A stretch of DNA of 64,000 nt, taken from positions 1,496-65,495 of the forward strand of contig JAWBRA010000004.1 of assembly GCA_038844785.1 (NCBI GenBank), read 5' to 3'. This DNA is from Candidatus Caldarchaeum sp. (GTDB taxonomy: Archaea; Thermoproteota; Nitrososphaeria_A; Caldarchaeales; Caldarchaeaceae). Every line of letters starts with the position of its first letter. Within the stretch, counting starts at the first letter, position 1. The notes beneath the pieces were generated by a model. That model saw only the letters and a program-made list of their open reading frames with translations, had not been told where the DNA came from and did not search any database. Shown here one piece after another: positions 16,245 to 26,671 of this stretch. The position numbers were made by a program, and so were the translations under genes.

Positions 16245-16525
16245 AAATACAGACTAGGTATTTTGCATTCATGAGGGAGAAACTCGGCAGGGATTCCGAG
16301 GAGTTTGAACTACATGAAGGCGCAACCGTCCAAGATTTCATAGAAGTTTTCAAAGCTAAGTATGCCGAAAAGCTCAGCGACCTGTTTGAAGCAGAAGGTC
16401 TAAAGACTGGTTTTGCACTAGCATTGAATGGTGAAAACCTCGATAAGCCACGCTGGCGTCAAACGAAGCTGAAGGAAGGTGATGTAGTGGTTATCCTTCC
16501 GCCTATTGCTGGAGGGTTTACCTGA
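16241..16525 (+). CDS. moaD: MoaD/ThiS-family ubiquitin-like sulfur carrier; C-terminus is ...PPIAGG followed by two extra residues (FT)
   Basis: Beta-grasp-size protein ending GG+FT, overlapping moaE by 4 nt. Confidence 0.5.
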   Translation: MKIQTRYFAFMREKLGRDSEEFELHEGATVQDFIEVFKAKYAEKLSDLFEAEGLKTGFALALNGENLDKPRWRQTKLKEGDVVVILPPIAGGFT

Positions 16526-17036
16526 AGCTGGGAAGCCTAACACCCCTCTGGCCCTGATATCTCCCGCTGTAGGGTTTCTCTACTATCGACGAGAGACGGG
16601 CAAAGACAACGTGGAGAAATCTATCGCCGCTGTACAGCCTAACGGGAAAATCTCCGCCCACTATCTCTATCGTCAACTCCCCCTCAAAGTTTGCGTCAAT
16701 GATTGTGGGTGGGATTGTGAGCCCTATGCGGGCGTAGCTGCTCCGAAGGTTTACGAACCCCATCAAATCCTTCGGCAACGCAAGGTACTCCTGCGTATGG
16801 AGTAGAACATGTTCCCGCGGGTTTATTAAGAACGAATCACCTTCCTCGAAGAAGTAGAAATCGGCTGCGGAAGAGGTTTTCGTGTCGAAGATTTTGTCGT
16901 TTTTGTTAAACCTGGCGACCTGCCGTCCTATCCTGAGGTCTAACCCGTTCTCCCTTACGATGTCTTCGCTGAAAGGCTCTATCTTCAGCCTCCCGCTTCT
17001 GATGTAGTTCCACAGGTCGAAGTCTGACAGAATCAT
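16518..17036 (-). CDS. dcd: dCTP deaminase
   Basis: MILSDFDL N-terminus and dUTPase-fold motifs (GxVDxGYRGE-like EGELTIEIVGGDFP). Confidence 0.8.
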   Translation of the reverse strand: MILSDFDLWNYIRSGRLKIEPFSEDIVRENGLDLRIGRQVARFNKNDKIFDTKTSSAADFYFFEEGDSFLINPREHVLLHTQEYLALPKDLMGFVNLRSSYARIGLTIPPTIIDANFEGELTIEIVGGDFPVRLYSGDRFLHVVFARLSSIVEKPYSGRYQGQRGVRLPSFR

Positions 17037-17058
17037 AGGAGGGCTACGGCAAGCCCAT

Positions 17059-17841
17059 TTATATCTCTATGAAAGCCATGTCCTTGGCTATGATCAGCTT
17101 CTCGAGACCAAGGTTTTCCAGAGCTTTCTTAATCCTGTCCTCCCGCCCCTGCCATGCTGGGTAGAGATGGGTTACAATCAGCACTCTCGGCATTATCTTG
17201 GAAACGATGGTCGCTAGCAGTTTTTCAGAGGTGTGTTTTCCTAACAATTTCTCGTGGGGGAAGCTGCACTCATGTATGAGTATGTCGCAGCCGCGGGCGA
17301 GCTTTACCAACCTATCGTCAGGGATTGTATCCCCCGAGTAGACAACCGACCCCTCGGTTGTTTCAAAGCGGTAGGCTATGCCGTTGTAGTGCTCAACCTC
17401 AGCTGAAGAAACTTTCACCTGCATCAAATGCCACGAATCTCCGTCAGCCATTTCCTTCACGGAAGTATACCTTAGACAGCCCATAGTTTTAGAGAGGTAT
17501 GAGAATGCATCTATATCGACCGCTATGTTTTGGATAAGTCTTGCGAGTCCGCGGGGGCCGATGAGCCGGAGGGGTTTTGGACTTGGTGACGGGCTGCCGT
17601 CGACATCGTACGCCCAAAGCATCAAAAGTGGAAATAGGTCGGAGACATGGTCTAGGTGGAAATGAGATATAAAAACTGCGTGGAGGTCTTGAGGCTTCTT
17701 TCCTAAGCGCCTCAACTTCTCCAGAACTCCGGGTCCAGGGTCTATCAGAAAGCTTACGCTTGAGGACTCAGCATAGACGCCGCTTCCAAACCTGTCCTCT
17801 GTGGGTACAATACTGCCTGAGCCGAGGACGATGATTTTCAA
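17059..17841 (-). CDS. metallo-beta-lactamase-fold hydrolase, RNase Z-like
   Basis: HFHLDH motif and downstream His/Asp ligands. Confidence 0.55.
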   Translation of the reverse strand: MKIIVLGSGSIVPTEDRFGSGVYAESSSVSFLIDPGPGVLEKLRRLGKKPQDLHAVFISHFHLDHVSDLFPLLMLWAYDVDGSPSPSPKPLRLIGPRGLARLIQNIAVDIDAFSYLSKTMGCLRYTSVKEMADGDSWHLMQVKVSSAEVEHYNGIAYRFETTEGSVVYSGDTIPDDRLVKLARGCDILIHECSFPHEKLLGKHTSEKLLATIVSKIMPRVLIVTHLYPAWQGREDRIKKALENLGLEKLIIAKDMAFIEI

Positions 17842-18368
17842 GCCGGTCTTCCCCTAGCTATGTATACTATGTGCGGTAGCTCAGGCCCGAAAATCTCTAG
17901 AGCGAGGCCGACGGCCTCAGGGGAGCCGGGCAGCGCTATGACTAGTTTTCCGTTGGCGACGCCTGCAATCGTTCTTGAAAGAGCTGCCGCTGGACCTATC
18001 CTTTTGTAGCTCTCGAGCCTGAATATCTCTCCCCAGCCGTCAAGCTCCTTTTCCAGCAAAGGGCGTAAAGCCTCCACCGTCACGTCTCTGGGGGAAACAC
18101 CCGTCCCCCCTGTGACGAGGATGACGTCAAACTCTGACTCAAAGGCTTTGACGACCTTGTTCCTTATCATCCAAAGGTCGTCGTTGACAACCCCTAGGTA
18201 TTCAACATCGTGTCCAAGATTTCTCAAGATGGATACTGCTTTGTCGCCTGACTCGTCGGCGAACGGTTGGCCGCCTATTTTCTTGAAGAACCTAGAGCTG
18301 CTAGCCGTTATCACCGCTATCTTCAGTTTTTTCGGGCTTTCGTTCCTATGGTGCTCGTGTGGTTTCAT
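17838..18368 (-). CDS. moaB: molybdenum cofactor biosynthesis protein MoaB/MogA family
   Basis: GGTG motif (ILVTGGTGVSPRD). Confidence 0.7.
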   Translation of the reverse strand: MKPHEHHRNESPKKLKIAVITASSSRFFKKIGGQPFADESGDKAVSILRNLGHDVEYLGVVNDDLWMIRNKVVKAFESEFDVILVTGGTGVSPRDVTVEALRPLLEKELDGWGEIFRLESYKRIGPAAALSRTIAGVANGKLVIALPGSPEAVGLALEIFGPELPHIVYIARGRPA

Positions 18369-18807
18369 CAGCCTTCACCTTAGAAACGACTTTAACGCCG
18401 TATATCTCTGTGTTTGGATATTGTCCCTGTTCGTCTTTTTCATACTGCTTCACGGCATCCCAGATGTTTAGCAATGCGAGGGATACAGCGGTTAACGCCT
18501 CCATCTCTACACCTGTTTTCTCAAACGCCACGACCTTTACACTAACCTCGACATAGTCTTCTCCGATTTTCTCACGCACTTCTACATTTTCCAGCTTCAG
18601 CTGATGGCATAGGGGTAGAAGCTGAGGCGTTGATTTAGCTCCTAAGATTGCGCCTAAACGGGCCAGCTGAAGTGCGTCGCCTTTCTCCAAAAACCCCTTC
18701 CTAATCCTTTCCAGCGTTTCGGGTTTGAGCTTTATTCTGCCCACTGCCGTGGCCTCCCTCCTCTGCACTGGTTTTCCAGAGACGTCAACCTGTTTAAGGC
18801 TCAACAA
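18346..18807 (-). CDS. moaC: cyclic pyranopterin monophosphate synthase MoaC
   Basis: Conserved MoaC core (...MEALTAVSLALLNIWD...). Confidence 0.75.
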   Translation of the reverse strand: MLSLKQVDVSGKPVQRREATAVGRIKLKPETLERIRKGFLEKGDALQLARLGAILGAKSTPQLLPLCHQLKLENVEVREKIGEDYVEVSVKVVAFEKTGVEMEALTAVSLALLNIWDAVKQYEKDEQGQYPNTEIYGVKVVSKVKADETTRAP

Positions 18808-18852
18808 ACCACCATCTTTTCAGACGTTATGTTGGGAATAAAGCATTATCTC

Positions 18853-19290
18853 TTACACGCGCCTACCCCTGCGGCCTCCTTTCTTCCTGACACTGTCGTG
18901 AGGGATAGGGGTTACGTCCTCTATACGTCCTATAGACACGCCAGACCTTGCAATAGTCCTGATGGCGGCTTGTGTGGCTGGTCCAGGAGTCCTTGACTTA
19001 ACTCCTCCCGGAGCTCTGACTAGAATGTGTACGGCGTTTATCCCCGCCGCTTTCGCCGCCTCCATAATATATGCAGCCGCCCGCATGCCTGCGTAAGGCG
19101 TAGGCTCAAGCCTGCCAGCGTCCACAAACATCCCTCCAGAGGCCTTAGCTATCGTTTCAGCCCCAGTCAAATCCGTTAGATGTACTATGATGTTGTTGTA
19201 GGATGAATATATGTGGACGATGCCCCATTTCTGCTGTGTTTTATGCTCGGCGGCCTGTTTCTGTCCCTGCGGTTGGCTCTCCTCAGCCAT
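18853..19290 (-). CDS. rps11: 30S ribosomal protein S11 (uS11)
   Basis: [18 protein letters not shown]...[11 protein letters not shown] signature. Confidence 0.85.
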   Translation of the reverse strand: MAEESQPQGQKQAAEHKTQQKWGIVHIYSSYNNIIVHLTDLTGAETIAKASGGMFVDAGRLEPTPYAGMRAAAYIMEAAKAAGINAVHILVRAPGGVKSRTPGPATQAAIRTIARSGVSIGRIEDVTPIPHDSVRKKGGRRGRRV

Positions 19291-19810
19291 TTGGGTTGCT
19301 CACCTTTGCTCCCGCAACCGCTGGAATAGTCTCCGCAAGCCTAATGGTTTCCTCCTCATCTCTCATGACATGGTAACTGGGAGCTCTTACTTTTCTACCG
19401 CCGACGTAAACTTTACCATGGGTTATCAGCTGTCTTGCGTGGAAGATTGTTTTGGCTAGTCCAAGCCTGTAGACCATAGTCTGAAGCCTTCTGTCCAGCA
19501 TGTCTCTGACCGTCAGCTTGAGAACATCATCTAGAGTGGCTCCTTGAGGAAGCAGACCTAGACGATAAAGCTTACCCATTAGCTTGGCCTCCAACTGCAC
19601 ACGCTTCTCGCCAACAGCTGTGAATAGAGACCTAGCCATAGCTCTGTATTTCCTCAGCTTGCTCAGAGCTCGCCACAGCTCGCGCTTGTTTCTTAGACCG
19701 TATTCGCCGACAAGCTTCAGCTCCTCTTCAAGGTTCTCCCTCCGCCAAGGATGGCCTGGGGTTTCATACTTTTTGCGGATTCTTTTGGGGTCTCCCATCT
19801 TCTGAAGCAT
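19283..19810 (-). CDS. rps4: 30S ribosomal protein S4 (uS4)
   Basis: [19 protein letters not shown]-terminus and S4 domain. Confidence 0.85.
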   Translation of the reverse strand: MLQKMGDPKRIRKKYETPGHPWRRENLEEELKLVGEYGLRNKRELWRALSKLRKYRAMARSLFTAVGEKRVQLEAKLMGKLYRLGLLPQGATLDDVLKLTVRDMLDRRLQTMVYRLGLAKTIFHARQLITHGKVYVGGRKVRAPSYHVMRDEEETIRLAETIPAVAGAKVSNPNG

Positions 19811-19892
19811 GTTGAAAAGCTATGATATAAATGTCGGCTTTCCTGCAGCGTGTCCAAACAACGTTTAAATAAACTGGGAGTTTAAACCACGC

Positions 19893-21032
19893 ATGCAAGA
19901 GCGTGACGTGATAGTCGTCGGGGGTGGTCCAGCCGGGGTCTCGGCCGCCAAGGCTGCTGCATCCCTGAATGTTGAAGTCCTGCTCTTGGAGAAGTATCCT
20001 ACGATAATGGCCAACAAACCCTGCGGAGAAGCTGTGAGCAAGGAAACCCTCGTCACCGCCGGGGTTAAGCCGAGCCCACGAATAGTAATGCATGAGGCCT
20101 ACGCCCTCGTGTATTCGCCCAGCATGATCGAGGTTGTAATCCCCCAGATAGGATACAACATAAACAAGTCGTTGTTCATCCAGGAAATAGCTGCTCAGGC
20201 CGCTGAATATGGTGCCGACATACATGTAAGAGAAGAGGTAAATGGAGTCAAGAGGGAGGATTCAAGGGTTGTGGTTAAGACGAACAGGGAGACATACCTT
20301 GCCAAAGTAGTGATAGGCGCAGACGGGTACAACTCAACAGTTGCAAAAAGCCTGAACATCACGGAGAGGCCTGAGCCCATACCGACTGTCCAATACATAA
20401 TGGCTAACTGCAAGCTTAAGCACCCTGACGCTGTCAGGTTTTACCTCGGCAACAAGGTGGCTCCGGGTGGTTACGCATGGATATTCCCCCGCAGCGAGAA
20501 GCTGGCTGAAGTGGGCATCGGAGTCAGAGGTGGCGTGGCAAAAGAATACCTCGACGCATTCGTAAAGAGGTTCAGCGACGAACTAGGAGGCGCAAGAATA
20601 ATCGACTACAGAGGGGCTCCAGTTCCCATAGGGGGTGCGATATCCGAAAGCGTCTTCGACGGCGTCATGCTTGTGGGAGATGCGGCTGGACATGTAATAC
20701 CTTTGACAGGAGCTGGAATCCATTCATCTGTCGCAGCAGGCCTTGCCGCTGGACGCGTTGCCGCCGAAGCTGTAAAAGAAGGCGATACATCCAAGCAAAG
20801 GCTTTCACAGTTCTATAAACTCTACGAAAACTGGCTGACCAGGATTAGAAAAAGCCTGAAGGCGATGAGGGCTGTTGAGAAGCTGTCGGACGAGGAGTTA
20901 GACACATTGGCGAAGATCTTCCAGGCTGACGATATACTGGACTTGGCGAACGGCTTGGACGTAGGCAGGGTGGCTAGGAAACTTCTTAGTCATCCGGTTC
21001 TGGCTATGAAGCTGGCTCGCCAGCTCTTATGA
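19893..21032 (+). CDS. geranylgeranyl reductase family FAD-dependent oxidoreductase (archaeal lipid saturation)
   Basis: DVIVVGGGPAGVSAA FAD motif and GDAAG motif. Confidence 0.7.
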   Translation: MQERDVIVVGGGPAGVSAAKAAASLNVEVLLLEKYPTIMANKPCGEAVSKETLVTAGVKPSPRIVMHEAYALVYSPSMIEVVIPQIGYNINKSLFIQEIAAQAAEYGADIHVREEVNGVKREDSRVVVKTNRETYLAKVVIGADGYNSTVAKSLNITERPEPIPTVQYIMANCKLKHPDAVRFYLGNKVAPGGYAWIFPRSEKLAEVGIGVRGGVAKEYLDAFVKRFSDELGGARIIDYRGAPVPIGGAISESVFDGVMLVGDAAGHVIPLTGAGIHSSVAAGLAAGRVAAEAVKEGDTSKQRLSQFYKLYENWLTRIRKSLKAMRAVEKLSDEELDTLAKIFQADDILDLANGLDVGRVARKLLSHPVLAMKLARQLL

Positions 21033-22356
21033 AAACCAGCGCATGATGAGCAACCGACTTCCAGAAATGACTTGCATATATGTTTTCGTTGGGAGCGTGA
21101 AGCCTCGACCCAGGATGTGAAAGTGATGTCAGCATAGCTGTAGGCACTCCCATCTTAGTGAAGTGGTACAGCGGGCCGGTTCCGAACATGTTCGGAAGAA
21201 TGTTTGGCCTCCTTCCGTAAACCTCCTCAGCTGCTTTGACGGCGATTTTCACGATGGGCTCGTCTAAACTGATGCGAGAGGGGTAAGCCATCGAATGAAC
21301 TACGACATCAACGTCGCGCAGCATTCTTTTCAGGGCTCTTAAAATCTTCTCAGGGTCCTGGTTTGGGACGAGTCTAAAATCTATCTTCACCGAAGCTGTT
21401 GAGGGCACTATCGTTTTGGAGCCGGGTCCTGTATAACCCGATACAATGCCCGCGATGTTGCATGTGGGTTGATAGACAAGGCTCTCCACCAAATCCGTCT
21501 TCCTCACCGTCAGTTTTTCGACGCCCAGAGCTTTTGCGAGCGCTTCTGGCTGCAGCTTCACTGAAGACATCATCTTCCTCTCAGATTTTGTTGGTTTTAA
21601 AACGTCTCTGTAAAAGCCTGGGACAGTTATGCGGCCTTTTTTATCTTTAAGCTTCAACACCGTTCTTGCCAGCTTCTCGGCTGCGTTTTCAATGATTGGA
21701 GCGTACATCGAATGTGCGTCTGCCTGTGCTGTCTTTACGCTCAGCTCTACGTAAAGCATTCCTTTCACTCCTAGGTAGAAGCTTGGTGTATCGTTTACCA
21801 TGTCTCCCCCTTCCCACAAACATCCGATAGAGCCTTTGAACAATGTTGCGTGCTTGGATAAGAGCTCCGGAATGCTGGGGCTTCCAACTTCCTCCTCCCC
21901 TTCGATGAACCATTTAATTGTGACAGGCAGTTTTCCCTGCAGTTTTTCAACGACACGGACAGCCGCTAGCCTTGCAATTATTTCGGCCTTGTTATCGGCG
22001 ACACCCCTTCCGTATAAAAATCCGTCTCTCTCAACGAGCTCGAAGGGTTTGGTGTTCCACTGCTCCAAAGGCTCCGGAGGCTGTACATCATAATGGTTGT
22101 AAAGCAGGATGGGTTTTTCACCGTCCCTTTTCTCCGCATATACCGCAGGCCTGCCTGTTTTAGTATCCAGCAGACGAGTCTCAAAACCATCACGTTTAAG
22201 AAGCTGTTGGACCAATTCGGCACATTCAACTACTCCCTCGTTTCTTGCGGAGACGCTTGGCTGCGAGACGATTTTTGAAAGGTCTGAAAGAATTGTATCC
22301 TTCTCGTTCTCGATAAGCTCGTTAATCTTGGCCAGAATCTCGCTGGAGGCGCTCAC
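21004..22356 (-). CDS. M20-family metallopeptidase/deacylase (ArgE/DapE/LysK-like)
   Basis: LYNHYDVQP and GRGVADNKA metal-binding motifs. Confidence 0.7.
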   Translation of the reverse strand: MSASSEILAKINELIENEKDTILSDLSKIVSQPSVSARNEGVVECAELVQQLLKRDGFETRLLDTKTGRPAVYAEKRDGEKPILLYNHYDVQPPEPLEQWNTKPFELVERDGFLYGRGVADNKAEIIARLAAVRVVEKLQGKLPVTIKWFIEGEEEVGSPSIPELLSKHATLFKGSIGCLWEGGDMVNDTPSFYLGVKGMLYVELSVKTAQADAHSMYAPIIENAAEKLARTVLKLKDKKGRITVPGFYRDVLKPTKSERKMMSSVKLQPEALAKALGVEKLTVRKTDLVESLVYQPTCNIAGIVSGYTGPGSKTIVPSTASVKIDFRLVPNQDPEKILRALKRMLRDVDVVVHSMAYPSRISLDEPIVKIAVKAAEEVYGRRPNILPNMFGTGPLYHFTKMGVPTAMLTSLSHPGSRLHAPNENIYASHFWKSVAHHALVFIRAGEPAS

Positions 22357-22405
22357 GCTGAGTTAGACTGCAACGTTATTATTTTAGAGTTATCTTTCAA
22401 CATTT

Positions 22406-22996
22406 GTGGCGGACGTGGAAATTCCACAGCCCCAGAAGGTAAAGCTAAGCCCAAAAGACTCTGGGCTGATAATAGTGGACATGCAGAACGATTTCTGCCA
22501 CCCAAGCGGCCGCTTATACGTGCCCGCGGCGCCTTCAACAATACCCGCTGTAAAAAGGCTTTTGGACATGGCCAGGAAGAGCGGCGTGAAGGTTTTCTAT
22601 ACCCAGGACTGGCATGATAAGGGTGATCCCGAGTTCGCCATATGGGGTGAACATGCTTTGGCGGGCAGCTGGGGGGCTGAGATTGTTGAAGAGCTTAAAC
22701 CCGTTGCTGGGGAGATTGTTGTTAGAAAGCTAAGGTACGACGGGTTTTACGGAACACCCCTAGAACACTACCTACGGCTTTACAACGTCAAAAACCTCAT
22801 AGTCACAGGGACGGTTGCAAACATCTGCGTCCTTCACACCGCCGGTAGCGCAGCCCTTCGGTGGCTGAACGTCTACATTCCCGTGGACGCCGTCTCCGCC
22901 TTGAACGAGTTTGACATGAAAGCAGCACTAAGACAAGTCACATTCCTTTACAGAGGTATTTTAACACGCTCAGACCTGGTTGAGATAGAACAATGA
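22406..22996 (+). CDS. pncA: isochorismatase-family nicotinamidase/pyrazinamidase
   Basis: IIVDMQNDF and catalytic Cys in TGTVANICV; adjacent to NAPRTase. Confidence 0.65.
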   Translation: MADVEIPQPQKVKLSPKDSGLIIVDMQNDFCHPSGRLYVPAAPSTIPAVKRLLDMARKSGVKVFYTQDWHDKGDPEFAIWGEHALAGSWGAEIVEELKPVAGEIVVRKLRYDGFYGTPLEHYLRLYNVKNLIVTGTVANICVLHTAGSAALRWLNVYIPVDAVSALNEFDMKAALRQVTFLYRGILTRSDLVEIEQ

Positions 22997-24204
22997 GTAG
23001 AAAGCCTTCTCTCTTCGTGGCTTCTCCAGATAGAATTAAGAAAGGAGACGTAACCGATATTTACTTTCAAAGGACTAAGGCGATTTTGGAGAGAAACGCC
23101 ACTTCGGATGTTTCGGTTGTCGCTGAAACCCACGCCTATTCTCTGCCGCCGGGCTATGAATGGGCTGTTCTAGCGGGTGTTGAGGAAGTGGCTTGGCTTC
23201 TTGAAGGCTTACCCATCAACGTTTACTCGGTGGATGAAGGAACTATCTTCACTGAGATGGAGCCGGTTATCAGCATTGAAGGCCGTTACACGGACTTCGC
23301 TGTCTACGAGTCCTCTCTTCTAGGGATACTGAGGCATGCCAGCAGCGTGGCTACAAAAGCCGCAAGGGTTAAGATTGCGGCAGGCGAAAAATCTGTTTTG
23401 TTTTTTGGATTAAGATGTGTGCATCCAGCTGTAACCCCCATGGTTGACAGGGCCGCATATATAGGGGGTTGTGATGCTGTTTCAGGCGTTGTTGGAGCCG
23501 AGATGCTGGGCGTCAGGCCAATGGGCACTATGCCCCACGCCTTAATAATAGCTATGGGAGATCAGAGGAGGGCGTGGAAACTCTTTCACGAGGTAATGCC
23601 CCCCGAGGTCCCCCGTATAGCCTTGGTTGACACTTTCTCCGACGAGAGGTTCGAGTCGCTGTTGGCCGCTGAAACGCTTGGAAAAGACCTGTACGGCGTC
23701 AGGCTGGATACGCCGAGCTCCAGACGAGGGAACATCCGTAAAATCATAGAAGAGACGCGCTGGTCTCTTGACATCAACGGGTTCAAGAATGTAAAGATTT
23801 TTCTGAGCGGTGGAGTGGATGAGGAGACGGTTAGGGAGCTGAGGGATGTAGTCGACGGCTTTGGTGTTGGAACATCGATTGCATTCCCAGCCTCCATAGA
23901 CCTCTCCCTCGACATAGTTGAAAGGGATGGGAAACCCGTCTCCAAGAGGGGGAAACTGCCCGGAAGAAAGCAGGTTTACAGATGCAGCAGCTATCATGAC
24001 ATTGTTACATTGTGGGGTAAAAGATTAGAATCATGTCCTGTATGTTCCTCCGAGGTCAGACCTTTGTTGAAGCCTTTGATAGAGAACGGTGAAATAGTCG
24101 GAGAACTGCCATCACCGAACGAGATCAGGGAATATGTTTTGAGCCAGCTGCGGCAGCTAAGTAAGCCGGGCGTTGTCTTCGGCAGGCCTAAGTTTTTCCT
24201 ATAA
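22993..24204 (+). CDS. pncB: nicotinate phosphoribosyltransferase (archaeal type)
   Basis: Size and conserved NAPRTase regions; 4-nt overlap with the nicotinamidase gene. Confidence 0.65.
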   Translation: MSRKPSLFVASPDRIKKGDVTDIYFQRTKAILERNATSDVSVVAETHAYSLPPGYEWAVLAGVEEVAWLLEGLPINVYSVDEGTIFTEMEPVISIEGRYTDFAVYESSLLGILRHASSVATKAARVKIAAGEKSVLFFGLRCVHPAVTPMVDRAAYIGGCDAVSGVVGAEMLGVRPMGTMPHALIIAMGDQRRAWKLFHEVMPPEVPRIALVDTFSDERFESLLAAETLGKDLYGVRLDTPSSRRGNIRKIIEETRWSLDINGFKNVKIFLSGGVDEETVRELRDVVDGFGVGTSIAFPASIDLSLDIVERDGKPVSKRGKLPGRKQVYRCSSYHDIVTLWGKRLESCPVCSSEVRPLLKPLIENGEIVGELPSPNEIREYVLSQLRQLSKPGVVFGRPKFFL

Positions 24205-25591
24205 TGCCTCCTTTCGTCAGCTTCAGAAGGTCTAGGGTTTTTTCCACTTCAGCAGGCATTAGGATGTTTTCCTCAACCAGAACATCTTTGATGGTCTTGT
24301 TTTCTGCAAGCATCTTCTTCGCCACCTTGGCAGCCGCATCATAGCCTATGAGTGGTGCAACAACTGTTACCAGCGCTGGACTGGATTCCGCAAGCTTTCT
24401 GGCCCGTTTGACGTTAACCTTTATGCCTGCTATGCACTTCGCCGTAAGGTTGTCGCAAGTGTTCGAAAGCGTTGCAATTGATTCAATTAAGTCGTAGGCG
24501 ATGAGCGGCAGCCCCATGTTTAGCTCCAGCTCACCTAGCTTGCAGGCCTCCTCAACCGCCTTGTCATAACCTATGACCTGTGCGGCGGCAAGCATAGCTG
24601 ACTCAACGATAACCGGGTTGACTTTGCCGGGCATTATTGAAGATCCTGGCTGCACTGCGGGCAGCTCTATCTCGTTGATCCCTGTGTTCGGGCCGGAGGA
24701 CAGAATTCGCAGGTCGCCGCATATCTTCAGTAGCGAAACTGCGATGCTTCGTAGGGCTGCGGAGACTTCGAGGCAGCAATCCCGGCTTCCCATGGCTTCA
24801 AACCTGTTCTCAGCCAGTCGAAAATCTATGCCGGTCATCTGTTTCAGCTTCTCAACTACAAGCTTTCCAAACTCTGGATGCGTGTTAAGCCCGGTTCCTA
24901 CAGCCGTTCCCCCTATAGGAAGCTCGAGAACACTTTCGAAGGCTTTCGTAACCCTCGCCTTACCTTTCCTCACCATGGCTGCGTATCCTGAAAACTCTTG
25001 GCCGAAGGTCAGCGGGACAGCGTCCTGGAAATGAGTCCTCCCAGGCTTGACAACTTCACTGTATTCCTCAGCTTTCTTCGCCAGCTCTCTCTCAAGCCTT
25101 TCTAGGGCGGGGACCAGTCTCTCCTTTATCAGCATCGCGGTTGAAACGTTTATGGCTGTAGGTATGACGTCGTTGGTCGACTGGCCCATGTTCACATGAT
25201 CGTTTGGATGAATTATCTTCTTGTCTCCCCTTTTCTCACCCAGTATCTCCAAAGCTCTGTTGGCTATGACCTCGTTTGCGTTCATGTTGGTTGACGTACC
25301 TGACCCGGTTTGGAAAACGTCTACCACAAACTCCTTGTCGTGAAGACCGTCTGCTACCTCTATCGCCGCTTTCGCTATCGCCTCGCCTATTCTTCTGTCG
25401 AGGAGTCCGAGCTGCATGTTGGCTTCTGCAGCCGCATACTTGATTAAGCCCAGAGCCCTTATGAAGGGACGTTGAAACCTCAAACCTGATATCGGGAAGT
25501 TTTCGACGGCTCTGGCGGTTTGGGCGCCGTACAACGCGTCCGCAGGCACCCTCATCTGCCCAAGAGTGTCATATTCATACCGGTACGCCAT
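24188..25591 (-). CDS. fumC: class II fumarate hydratase / aspartase-family lyase, probably FumC
   Basis: GSGTSTNMN and [10 protein letters not shown] signatures. Confidence 0.7.
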   Translation of the reverse strand: MAYRYEYDTLGQMRVPADALYGAQTARAVENFPISGLRFQRPFIRALGLIKYAAAEANMQLGLLDRRIGEAIAKAAIEVADGLHDKEFVVDVFQTGSGTSTNMNANEVIANRALEILGEKRGDKKIIHPNDHVNMGQSTNDVIPTAINVSTAMLIKERLVPALERLERELAKKAEEYSEVVKPGRTHFQDAVPLTFGQEFSGYAAMVRKGKARVTKAFESVLELPIGGTAVGTGLNTHPEFGKLVVEKLKQMTGIDFRLAENRFEAMGSRDCCLEVSAALRSIAVSLLKICGDLRILSSGPNTGINEIELPAVQPGSSIMPGKVNPVIVESAMLAAAQVIGYDKAVEEACKLGELELNMGLPLIAYDLIESIATLSNTCDNLTAKCIAGIKVNVKRARKLAESSPALVTVVAPLIGYDAAAKVAKKMLAENKTIKDVLVEENILMPAEVEKTLDLLKLTKGGIIGKT

Positions 25592-25623
25592 GCAGGAATT
25601 TCGGTACAGGTAGATAATATATG

Positions 25624-26658
25624 TTAGATGAGCTGCGTTTCGGACAGGATGTTGACTATCTCTGGCTTGCTGAGCTTTCTTCTGTGGAGAATTGTGTATC
25701 GGTCAGGCCTTATCTGCGGCGCTTTTTCGACAGCTTCTATGAAAAGATCGGCGTCTACGCCCAATTTCTCGAGGTTGTGGGGTGCGCCCATAATGGCTAG
25801 GCTGTCTCTTAGCTTTTTCCAGTTACCTTTATGGAGGTATGAGGTGAAGACGGCAGCCACTCCGCATCTCTCGCCGTGTAACGGCGGCTTCTCCATCAAA
25901 GTTTCTAAAGCGTGTGCGATGAGGTGCTCGCTTCCGCTGCATGGCCTGCTGCTTCCTGCAACGCCCATCGCAACCCCGGCGCTTATCAACGCCTCCACCA
26001 CAGTTCGGACGCCTTCCAACGAGCCGTCCGCTATCAGCCTTGCCGACTTTATTACAACCGACGCGCTCAAGTAGGCGAGATGAGCTGCATACCGGCCGTA
26101 ATACTCGCCTGTTACCTTGTGCGCCAACCACCAGTCCCTTACGGCGCTGTGCTTAGCCAGCAGGTCTCCGCACCCGCTTAACAAGTATCGACGGGGGGCT
26201 AGGCTTATCACATCCATGTCCGCGAAGACCTCAGACGGCATTACGGATTTTCTCGAGTAGGCTTGGCTGTTCTGCCGGTAGGAAGTCATGGGGCTGGCTA
26301 TTCCGTCATGTGATGCGACGGTCGGCACGCTGAAGAAAGGTTTCCCAGCGACCTCTGCAACGACTTTCGAAACATCAGCAACTCTTCCGCCACCCAAGCC
26401 CATGACGACGTCAGCAGACCTAGACTCCCTAGCAAAGTCTTCAAAATTCACCAAAAGCTCGTCGATAAAACTGACCTCAAAGAGCAGGTCGTCACCAGCA
26501 GCTTCCACAATCTTAGACCCATACAGCTTAAACGGTGTTTTGCTGGTTATCATTACACACTTCCGGTAACCGTGTTTCCTCAACCGTTGGACAATCGTCT
26601 GCTCAAGCCCCCTGCCTATAGCCACGTACCGGGGTAGCTCCATGTCATGCTTATCCAT
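25624..26658 (-). CDS. egsA: sn-glycerol-1-phosphate dehydrogenase (archaeal lipid backbone synthesis)
   Basis: GGGRVADVSK and ASHDGIASP motifs of the DHQS-like/Fe-ADH superfamily with G1PDH-like spacing. Confidence 0.6.
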   Translation of the reverse strand: MDKHDMELPRYVAIGRGLEQTIVQRLRKHGYRKCVMITSKTPFKLYGSKIVEAAGDDLLFEVSFIDELLVNFEDFARESRSADVVMGLGGGRVADVSKVVAEVAGKPFFSVPTVASHDGIASPMTSYRQNSQAYSRKSVMPSEVFADMDVISLAPRRYLLSGCGDLLAKHSAVRDWWLAHKVTGEYYGRYAAHLAYLSASVVIKSARLIADGSLEGVRTVVEALISAGVAMGVAGSSRPCSGSEHLIAHALETLMEKPPLHGERCGVAAVFTSYLHKGNWKKLRDSLAIMGAPHNLEKLGVDADLFIEAVEKAPQIRPDRYTILHRRKLSKPEIVNILSETQLI

Positions 26659-26671
26659 CTAAAGTTTTAAC

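Noticed and set aside
19764-20225. 153-aa minus-strand ORF upstream of rps4 as a candidate S13
   Set aside because: Translation has no S13 features and overlaps the well-supported geranylgeranyl reductase gene on the plus strand
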